From assembly GCF_006345805.1 (NCBI RefSeq), contig NW_021825269.1, forward strand, positions 1 to 16,067: a stretch of 16,067 nt of DNA, read 5' to 3'. The notes beneath the pieces were generated by a model. That model was given only the letters and a program-made list of their open reading frames with translations, ran no database searches and was not told where the DNA came from. Every line of letters begins with the position of its first letter. Position 1 is the first letter of the stretch. This document shows, one piece after another, positions 1-8,840 of the stretch. The position numbers and the translations under genes are program-made. The stretch is from Octopus sinensis (Eukaryota).

Positions 1-81
1 ATACTCACTTGTTACTCTTGTCTATATACGTGCATGTGCACACGTGCGTACATGTGTGTATGTGTGTATACATGTGTATGT

Positions 82-285
82 CCCAATAGCTTCGTTTAGA
101 ATTCTGTCTGTCTCTTCAGTTCTCTCCCTTGCCCTTCTCTGTCTGTCTTTTTAGTTCCCTCCCTTGCGCTTCTCTGTCTGTCTCTTCAGTTCTCTCCCTG
201 CGCCCCTCCTTGGCCCAACAGCTTCGTTTAGAATTCTGTCTGTCTCTTCGGTTCTCTCCCTTGCGCTTCTCTGTCTGTCTCAGCT
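82..285. repeat. CT-rich tandem repeat (~33-nt subunits inside a ~132-nt duplication)
   Basis: CCCAAYAGCTTCGTTTAGAATTCTGTCTGTCTCTTC occurs at ~82 and ~214; the subunit TTCTCTGTCTGTCTCTTCAGTTCTCTCCCTTGCGC recurs about 5 times with variation. Confidence 0.8.
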
Positions 286-353
286 CTCCTCTCTAAGCTC
301 TCAATCTCTCTCTGAGGGCATAGAGGCTTTCTCTATCTTCCTTCAGCACTCAG

Positions 354-660
354 TATCTCCTCTTCCTCTTCTCTCTTGCTCTCTCCTTGGCTCCCAATCT
401 CTCCTTACATCTCTCCTTAAGTGCATGGACGCTCTCTTTCTCTATTACCCCCTACCCCCCCCCTATTGCACTATTGATTAATATAACTTAATATAATTAG
501 ATAGATAGATAGATAGACAAAATATCTCTCCTCTTCCTCTTCTCTCTTGCTCTCTCTCTCTCTTGGCTCCCAATCTCTCCTTAAGTACATAGACGCTCTC
601 TTTCTCTATTACCCCCCTACTATTGGATTAATATAACTTAACATAATTAGATAGATAGAT
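354..660. repeat. Tandem duplication (~165 + ~140 nt) directly upstream of LINE copy 1 ORF1, each unit ending in TAATTAG(ATAG)n
   Basis: Units at ~354-520 and ~523-660 share TCTCCTCTTCCTCTTCTCTCTTGCTCTCTC...CTTGGCTCCCAATCTCTCCTTA...GACGCTCTCTTTCTCTATTACCCCC...ATTAATATAACTTAAYATAATTAGATAGATAGAT. Confidence 0.85.
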
Positions 661-672
661 AATATATCAAGA

Positions 673-1558
673 ATGTCCAGAGCTTGGAAACGTGATGAAC
701 TGGCGTGGGTCCTGCGAGGATGCAATGCGCTGACGGAGAAAGTCCAAGTAACATAATTGCGGCAGCACTAAGGAACAAAGGATTCAAAAGGACGTCAGCA
801 CAAATAGAGCGGAAGAGGCAAGAGTTCGTACGCTCATACGCACTTGTCAGATCGCACATAACACACTGGATGCCATTTTTAACAGCGAAAAACGCGAACA
901 AAGTAAAGATGGCAAGGATGGAGACGCGGGCGCAGATGAGGAGGGTAACCCCCACCTGTGTGACGCCCAGGAAGAAAACTCCAGCGAGAGGCCTGCCCGG
1001 GAGGTGAACCCAGGTACGGATGCTCCTAACGGCACCAAAAGCCATGGACATGGAGATGAAGAGGCCAAAAAAAGAGGAAAAACTGAAGCTAAAACTCAGA
1101 CAAAGCCAAGGGGCAAGGCAGCCAGGGATAGAGGCAAACCTAACTGTCCATATGCCAAAAAGGATGGAAACAAGCAGCGCACACGGGTATGTAGGTTCTA
1201 CCTGAGAGGTGCCTGCCGGCATGGAGAGGAAGCTGCGGGCTGCCGCTTTGCACATCCGGACCCTGCCACAGAACCAACCACCGAAAGGAAATGGGATGGA
1301 CCACGCATCACCGGCCCCAAAACGAGGTAGCCCCGCAGATGTGGTGCGTACCACAAACCACCAACGTGTTGTTGAAAGGGCAGCTGCTGAGCAGGAATCT
1401 TTTTTGTGCATGGCACAAAAGATTGTACAGCAGCTAACCTGGCTCCATCAGGCTCAGCTCGCAGATGGAACTGCCCACGGTTACAAGACCGCCACAGCAG
1501 ATGGACCCAGTGGACACCACCGGCAACAGCATACACCTCACCTCGATGCTCCTACTGA
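673..1558 (+). pseudogene. LINE ORF1 (Myb/SANT-like N-terminus, acidic/Lys-rich linker, CCCH zinc finger), broken by several frameshifts
   Basis: ATG at 673 reads MSRAWKRDEL (copy 2: MSRAWRRDEL). Pieces in the 705, 1004 and 1209 ORFs join after restoring small deletions (~722, ~860, ~1260, ~1460-1510). CCCH CRFYLRGACRHGEEAAGCRFAH at 1190-1255. Homologous TGA at 1556-1558. Confidence 0.75.
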
Positions 1559-4504
1559 ACATCAGAGGACTACTAACACACAGTAACAGGACAAAAGTCC
1601 CGTTCCTGAGAGACTTTGTCGCATGCAATCAAGCCTTATGCATAGCACTCACAGAAACGCATCTGAAACCGGACATAACAGATGCGGAATTACGCATACC
1701 ACAGTATGTTGTACTACGGACCGACAGGAAAGAAAGAAGTCATGGAGGTGTTGCTATGTACATCCGTGGGGACCTCACACCCCAGGTCCTTTTGTCATAC
1801 TCAAACTCGGTGTGTGACACACTAATTGTACACATAAGGCAACTTGATGTAGTTGTGTGTGCTACATATCGCCCTCCAGATGCCCCAAGTCATATGGGCA
1901 AGTTTGAGGACTGCCTTTTTAAAAATAGAAGAAGTTCTAACCACATTAGAACAACACATAAGTGTACTTCTCATGGGAGACTTCAATCTACCGAATGTCA
2001 GATGGCCCGAGGGCCTTTCTCTCCCAGGAATGACAAGATGTGAACGAGGACAGGCGAGGTCCCTCCTGAACCTCACCAACACCCTGTACATGGAGCAAGT
2101 AATACTCCAACCAACCAGAGCGGGTAACACACTGGATCTCTGCTTCACAAATAATATGGATCTCATCCATAATGTGAAAGTGACACCGACACTACTCTCG
2201 GAGCACAACAGGTAGAGCTGACCATGTACGGGCCAAAAGAGAGCACGGACATGCAGCCTACAAGAAACCCTCAGAGTCTTTCCAGCTTGAACTTCAATAA
2301 GGCAAACTGGAAACAAATTGAGAAAGAGATCCTCAAACAAAACTGGCCTGAATGTCTCTCCTCGCCGGACATCGACATGATACTTCAACAATTCATGTCT
2401 GTAATGCAAGCCATATGCTACAAATGTGTCCCAGAGAGAAAGGCCACTGTACACAAGAACAAAATCCCAGAGAGAGAAAAATTTTAATGAGACGGCGCAC
2501 AAAAATCTCAAATCGCCTAAACAAACAAATTGAAAGCAGTGAAAAGTCCCGCCTGAAAATAAAACTGTTGGAAATTGACAATTGTCTGCAACTCTCCCAT
2601 GAGAAGGAAAGAGCAGACAAAGAAGCCTGGGCTATAGACAACATAAAAACTAACCCCAGAGCTTTCTACAGGTATGCCAAAGAAACAGCTACGGTGCACT
2701 GTAGGATAGGGCCACTCCTTGAAAAGGATGGCACACTCACAGGAAAACCAATGAGGGTAAGTGAAATACTGAATGAACAATTCAAGAGTGTTTTCACTCC
2801 ACCCCTTGGGCATTTCCAAATCAGCAATCCAACTGACTTTTTTACCACTGCAGATATAGAATCAGAGGCGGCGACGTTAAATTACATCGATATAAAGGAA
2901 GATGATGTAATAAAGGCTATAGATGAAATGAAAATAGACTCAGCTATTGGCCCCGATGGATGATCCCGGCAATCCTCCTAAAAGTATGTAAGAGAGTCTT
3001 AGCAAGACCACTGCAGTTCCTCTTTCAGAGCTTCCTTGCAGCTGGCAAACTTCCAAGAAAACTGAAGGAAGGTAAAATATGCCCTATTCATAAAGGAGGT
3101 AGCAGAGCGGAGGCCAAGAACTACAGACCTATCTCTCTGACCTCACACATCAGCAAGGTCATGGAACGAATAGTCAGAAGGAAACTAATCACCTTCCTTG
3201 AAGAAAATGACTTGCTGCCTGACACCCAACATGGTTTCCGACCAGGAAGAAGCTGCTTAACTCAGCTCCTGCAGCACTATGACTGGGTGCTGAAACAACT
3301 GCTCAACCACTCAAATGTGGAAGTCATATATCTCGACTTCGCAAAGGCCTTCGATAAAGTCGATCATGGAATGATATGTCACAAACTGCGTGATCTTGGC
3401 ATAGTTGGAAAACTAGGAGAATGGCTTCACGACTTTCTGAAGAATAGAAGTCAGGTGGTAGTAGCCAATGGGGCCACTTCCATTAGCACGCAAATAGTGA
3501 GCGGTGTTCCACAGGGCACTGTTTTGGGACCACTACTGTTCATAATGGCCCTCTCAGACATGCCCTCAGCCACGCGGAGAGCCACGATCACAAGTTATGC
3601 AGATGATACAAAAGTTTCACAGGCAATACAGAACCCTGAAGACACTAGGCACCTGCAATATGAGCTGGACGAAATTTACAAGTGGGCTGAAAAGAATAGC
3701 ATGCAGTTCAATGCTGAAAAGTTTCAAGCTTTATACTATCAGCATGCAAAACTGAATGCAATACCCAAGGAATACACTGGACCCGGAGGGATTGCAATCC
3801 CAGAGGCACAATCAGTGCGTGACCTGGGTATTCACATGAGTGATGACGCGACCTTCATGTACATGTTGCTAAACTGACAGTGAAATGCAGACGCCTGGCT
3901 GGATGGATTCTTAGAACCTTTAGAACAAGAGAACAAGAAACCATGATGGTCCTCTGGAAGACACTTGTCCTAAGTCACTTTGACTATTGCTCTCAGCTAT
4001 GGTCACCATCCAGTGTCAAGTTGATCACAGAACTTGAGGCGATCCAACGAAGCTACACGAAGAAGATAGCCTCTATGCAGAATGTAAGCTACTGGGAAAG
4101 ACTCAAGAGATTAAAATTATATTCCCTGGAGCGTAGGCGGGAAAGATATGCCATAATATACATCTGGAAGATCCTGGAGGGAAGTGTCCTGAACTTTGGC
4201 ATCGAGAGTTACGCAAACGCCAGAACTGGGCGCCACTGCGTGGTGCCTAGGACTCCAAACTTACCATCAAGATGTAGGACAAGATTCTGTGATAGCCTGG
4301 GCTTCCGAGGCCCCAGCTCTTCAATATCCTCCCCCCTGAACCTGAGAGACCTGCTGTGGGTGGATACAGATGTCTTTAAAATGGAGCTATCTCTTCCTGT
4401 CAGGTGTCCCAGTTGAACCAACTTCACGGCAGGAGGGGCAGATGAGGGCAGCTGCATCGAACTCTCTCATGCACCAAATAGCAGTTGCTAGAAAGCCTCC
4501 ATGA
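1501..4504 (+). pseudogene. LINE ORF2, apurinic-like endonuclease + reverse transcriptase, frameshifted
   Basis: APE motifs LLLNIRGL, IALTETHL, GGVAMY, MGDFN and LDL; RT motifs in the 2960..3877 ORF. Frameshifts at about 1915, 2212, 2468, 2958, 3855 and 4310-4400 relative to copy 2. Homologous stop TGA at 4502-4504. Confidence 0.9.
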
Positions 4505-4571
4505 AGTGAAACCAAGTAGCAACACCAAATGGCGGTGCCCCAGCATGGCCACAGCTCATAGCTGAAACTGG

Positions 4572-4602
4572 AATCAATCATCAATCATCAATCAATCAAT
4601 CA
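4572..4602 (+). repeat. (AATC/ATC)n 3' tail of LINE copy 1
   Basis: AATCAATCATCAATCATCAATCAATCAATCA directly after the 3' UTR; same tail type in copy 2. Confidence 0.85.
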
Positions 4603-4859
4603 TATATATATATAACTATATATATATATATATTATATATATAACTTATATATATATATATATATATAACTATATATATATATAATATAATATATATTAT
4701 ATATATATATATAACTATATATATATATATATAACTTATATATATATATTATATATATATATATATATTATATATATAACTATATATATATATATATATA
4801 ACTATATATATATATATATAACTATATTATATATAGATATATATATATACTATATATGA

Positions 4860-4922
<63 letters not shown>

Positions 4923-4940
4923 ACTATATATATATAATAT
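4603..4940. repeat. (TA)n microsatellite with TAAC interruptions
   Basis: Direct reading. Confidence 0.95.
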
Positions 4941-5220
4941 TTCCGTAATAATGGAGGTGAAATAATTAATTTGGAATAATTATCAATTACACCAAGTAGT
5001 CTCGGCATGTAAAAGCCTCATTCGAGGAAAATTTTAGTATACTATCATAAAGGGTTTAGCAACGAATTGCCTTACCACATACCGAATTTAGAATAGCAGT
5101 CAAAGGGTTATAGCTATTTCTTCTACTACTAAAAAGGGAGATCTCAGTAAAAACAGCAATTGGAAGGCAGACCAACAGGTAAGAGAGAATGAATTGACTG
5201 CAATCTATCATACATTTTTA

Positions 5221-5334
5221 AGTTATTACGGACGTACGTTTCGAAATCAAGTTTTTAGGAAAGCATAAGAATTAAATATTAATATTAAATAATTCTATCT
5301 TACCGAACTTCTTTTCTCTTCAGCGTAGAATACT
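5221..5334 (-). ncRNA. Type I hammerhead ribozyme (left-arm copy)
   Basis: Minus strand: TACG-CTGAAGA (5323-5317)-G...C-GAAA-CGTACG-TC|CGTA; predicted cleavage between 5231 and 5230. Proximal helix I is only 4 bp here (CGTAAT versus CGTAGAT in the right arm). Confidence 0.7.
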
Positions 5335-5672
5335 ATAATCATAAATGATTATATATTGAATTTTGAGATACTAGAAGGCACCACAACTCAACTCAGTATC
5401 AGAGCGAGCTAGAATCCGCAATAGTATCACCGAATTCAATTTGTGAATGAAACGATTGTTCACCAGCCCCTTCCCACCCGCGTGAGCCAAAACAAGATGC
5501 TGTGGTCATCTACTGAGATAAAATATGGTTATCCGTAATAATGAAGGGTGAAATTAATTAATTGGAAATTGAATTCGGTGATACTAGTTGGCGGATTCTA
5601 GCTCGCTCTGATACTGAGTTGATTGGTGCCTTCTAGTATCTCAAAATTCAATATATAATCATTTATGATTAT

Positions 5673-5790
5673 AGTATTCTACGCTGAAGAGAAAAGAAGT
5701 TTCGGTAAGATAGAAATTATTTAATATTTAATATTTAATTCTTATGCTTTCCTAAAAACTTGATTTCGAAACGTACGTCCGTAGATAACT
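5673..5790 (+). ncRNA. Type I hammerhead ribozyme with extended helix II (right-arm copy)
   Basis: Helix I TCTACG (5678-5683)/CGTAGA (5780-5785); core CTGAAGA (5684-5690); helix II 5691-5767; GAAA (5768-5771); palindromic helix III ACGTACGT (5771-5778); GUC cleavage triplet 5777-5779. Confidence 0.8.
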
Positions 5791-5967
5791 TAAAAATGTA
5801 TGATAGATTGCAGTCAATTCATTCTCTCTACCTGTTTGTGTCTGCCTTCCAATTGCTGTTTTTACTGAGATCTCCCTTTTTAGTAGAAGAATAGCTATAA
5901 CCCTTTGACTGCTATTTCTAAATTCGGTATGTGGTAAGGCAATTCGTTGCTAAACCCTTTATTGCTT

Positions 5968-6053
5968 TATATAATATATATATTATATATAACTATATAT
6001 ATATATATATATATATAACTATATATATATATATATATAACTATATATATATA

Positions 6054-6088
<35 letters not shown>

Positions 6089-6124
6089 GATATAATACTA
6101 TATATATATTATATATATATAATA

Positions 6125-6163
<39 letters not shown>

Positions 6164-6204
6164 TAAAAATATTATATATCTATATAAATAATTATATATA
6201 TATT

Positions 6205-6233
<29 letters not shown>
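5968..6233. repeat. (TA)n microsatellite with TAAC interruptions
   Basis: Direct reading. Confidence 0.95.
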
Positions 6234-6236
<3 letters not shown>

Positions 6237-6689
6237 CCGGTTCCGTTTTCAGCAGAGAAAGACGTGATTGCCTTTGCTCTGTGAAAAGTCTGCATAGAAC
6301 GGCGAAATAACCCACTGTAGTTGCAAAACGTAAAACTCTAAGTCATAGAGATCACTACAACACTTTGATTAAAAATATTTTTAAAAATATATATATAAAT
6401 ATATACATATACACAGTAATTTTCATTTTCGCCGAAACGCACATGGTGCAAAAATAACTGAATCAAGTTATCTCCTGCAAGAAAGAAAAAAGAAGCATCT
6501 CTCCTGAAAAAAATCCCGTAAACCAAAAAAAAAAAATAATCCAGACCACATTGTTGGATTAAGTATCAATTTCATCTATTTCATATTTTATTTATTATTC
6601 TATTTTATCTTTCACTTAGGCCCACATCTTAGTTAAAGTTGCGATCGTCATTTGGTTTGTTTACATTTTCAATAACTGTTCTCGATATA

Positions 6690-7865
6690 ATAATTTTCCA
6701 GATACTCTATCTTCTAATTAGCCTTAAGATTAAATTAAATAACGTTTAATATTGATACCGTCAAATTAGCCTTAGGATTAAATTAAATAACGTTTAATAT
6801 TGTTTAATATTGTTAATAATTATTGTTAATTAGCCTTAAGATTAAATTAAATAACGTTTAATATTGTTTAATATTGTTAATAATTTTTCAGATACTCTAT
6901 CTTCTAATTAGCCTTAAGATTAAATTAAATAACGTTTAATATTAATAACGTCTAATTAGCCTTAGGATTAAATTAAATAACGTTTAATATTGCTAATAAT
7001 TATTGTTAATTAGCCTTAGGATTAATTAAATAACGTTTAATATTGTTTAATATTGTTAATAATTACTGTTAATTAGCCTTAAGATTAAATTAAATAACGT
7101 TTAATATTGTTTAATATTGTTAATAACTATTGTTAATTAGCCTTAGGATTAAATTAAATAACGTTTAATATTGTTTAATATTGTTAATTAGCCTTAAGAT
7201 TAAATTAAATAACGTTTAATATTGTTTAATATTGTTAATAATTCTTCAGATACTCTATCTTCTAATTAGCCTTAAGATTAAATTAAATAACGTTTAATAT
7301 TACCCACACTCTAATATAATATTAACATTGCTAATATATTTTCAGATACTCTATCTCCTGATTAGCCTTAAGATTAAATAAAGTTTTTATCCACACTCTA
7401 ATATAATATTAATATTGCTAATATATTTTCAGATACTCTATCTTCTAATTAGCCTTAAGATTAAATTAAATAACGTTTAATATTAATAACGTCTAATTAG
7501 ACTAAAGATTAAATTAAATAACGGTTAATATTGCTTAATATTGTATATATAATTTTTCAGATACTCTGTCTTCTAATTAGCCTTAAGATTAACTTAAATA
7601 ACGTTTAATATTACCCACACTCTAATATAATATTAATATTGCTAATATATTTTCAGATACTCTATCTCCAAATTAGCCTTAAGATTAAATAACGTTTTTT
7701 TTTACCCACACTCTAATATAATATTAATATTGCTAATATATTTTCAGATACTCTATCTCCTAATTAGCCTTAAGATTAAATAACGTTTTTACCTAAATAA
7801 CGTTTTTACACAAACTTTAATATTGTTAATATTTCTTTTTCAAGTACTCTATCTTCTAATTAGCC
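6690..7865. repeat. AT-rich modular minisatellite upstream of LINE copy 2
   Basis: About 17 copies of the core AATTAGCCTTA(A/G)GATTAAATTAAATAACGTTT, variably combined with the modules TTTTCAGATACTCTATCTTCT, GTTTAATATTGTTAATAATTATTGTT and ACCCACACTCTAATATAATATTAATATTGCTAATAT. Confidence 0.9.
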
Positions 7866-7930
7866 GTAATATCTTCCTGTCTTCTCTCGAACATAATTAG
7901 ATAGATAAACGGATAGACGGATTATCCAGC

Positions 7931-8840
7931 ATGTCCAGAGCATGGAGACGTGACGAGCTAGATTTATTCGTACGAGCATGGGAGTGCGCCGGCGGAGATA
8001 GCCCTAGCGAGGTGATTGCGGCTGCGCTGAAGAGCAGAGGCTACAAGAGGACAGCGGCTCAGATGGAGCGAAAGAGACAGGAATTCGTGCGCTCATATGC
8101 GCTTGTACGGTCGCACATTGGCGCACTTGATGCCATCTTTGAGAACGAGCGGGGCAAAGATGGCAAGAATGGAGACGATGAAAGAAGTCACCCCCACCTG
8201 GTGGACGCCCAGGAGGAGGTTTTGAATGAGAACCTGCCCGGGAAGTGAACCCAGGTGCAAGTTCTCCAACCGGCAGCAAGGGCCATGGAGACGGAGAACC
8301 CGGTGAAGAGGTAGAGGGAGGAAGAAGAACTAAAAGAAGGACTGGAAGAGCTAAAGAAAAGAAAAAGCTCAAGCAGGACCAGAGAGTGAAACAACCAGGA
8401 ATAGAAGTGGAACCGCAAAGGATGGAACCAAACAGCGCACACGGGTGTGTATGTTCTACCTGAGAGGTTCCTGCTGGCACGGAAAGGAAGGTGCAGGCTG
8501 CCGCTTTGCACATCGGGGACCCTGCCACAGAGACACGAGGCAGATGGACAAACCATCAACACAAAGAAAAGGGATGGACTACGCACCACCTGCCCCAAAG
8601 CGGAGGTACGCAGATGTAGTGCGCGCCACAAACAGCCAACATGATGTTGCCGAAAGAGCAGCTGCTGAGCAACAATCTTTCTTGTGCATGGCACAAAAGA
8701 TTGTACAGCAGCTGACCTGGCTTCATCAAACCCAAGCCCGCAGGTGCGACTACCCACTATATACCAGACCACCACAGCAAACAGACACAGGATGGACACC
8801 GCCGGCAACAACGTACACCTCACCTCGATACTCCTACTGA
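7931..8840 (+). CDS. LINE ORF1 (Myb/SANT-like + CCCH zinc finger); two 1-nt frameshifts (~8232, ~8365), possibly sequencing errors
   Basis: MSRAWRRDELDLFVRAWECAGGDSPSEVIAAALKSRGYKRTAAQMERKRQEFVRSY; CCCH CMFYLRGSCWHGKEGAGCRFAH at 8448-8513; stop at 8838-8840. Confidence 0.75.

Larger units (their letters stand above)
640..4602 (+). mobile_element. CR1-clade LINE (non-LTR retrotransposon), copy 1; 5' limit uncertain, possibly extending to ~82
   Basis: ORF1 + APE-RT ORF2 + short 3' UTR + (AATC)n tail. RT motifs DFAKAFDKVDH, GVPQGTVLGPLLF and YADDTK; CR1-type C-terminal YWERLKRLKLYSLERRR. Colinear with copy 2. Confidence 0.9.
4941..5962. mobile_element. ORF-less inverted-repeat element carrying hammerhead ribozymes; probable non-autonomous Penelope-like (pseudo-LTR) derivative
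   Basis: Arms 5047-5442 and 5566-5962 are reverse complements (ATAAAGGGTTTAGC.../...GCTAAACCCTTTAT; ...CCGAATTCAATTT/AAATTGAATTCGG...) with a 123-nt spacer, flanked by (TA)n. The PLE assignment is inferred from the hammerhead type only; no GIY-YIG or RT sequence is present. Confidence 0.6.

Noticed and set aside
164-481. 105-aa Ser/Leu-rich ORF
   Set aside because: Translation of CT-rich low-complexity repeats.
1004-1007. Apparently conserved GTGA stop/start overlap splitting ORF1 in both copies (also 8245-8248)
   Set aside because: The frameshifts are at different places (~860 in copy 1, ~8232 in copy 2) and merely run to the same out-of-frame TGA. DAQEE lies in different frames in the two copies, so the ancestral ORF1 is continuous.
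647-1411. 254-aa minus-strand ORF and other antisense ORFs over the LINEs (e.g. 1822..2511, 8188..8910)
   Set aside because: Shadow frames of ORF1/ORF2 with no recognisable motifs; not preserved as equivalent ORFs between the two copies.
4603-4620. Target-site duplications for the LINEs and the inverted-repeat element
   Set aside because: The flanks are (TA)n and the 5' ends are uncertain, so no TSD can be called.
4995-5040. Minus-strand CGAATGA-GGC...GCC-GAGAC, faintly hammerhead-like
   Set aside because: Several invariant core positions are wrong and no helix I or III can be formed.
6690-7865. CRISPR-like appearance of the repeat array
   Set aside because: The intervening sequences are themselves repeated modules, not unique spacers; there are no cas genes and the context is eukaryotic.
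8020-8100. CTGAAGA...GAAA words inside LINE coding sequence (also ~3636)
   Set aside because: No supporting helices and not conserved in the sister copy.
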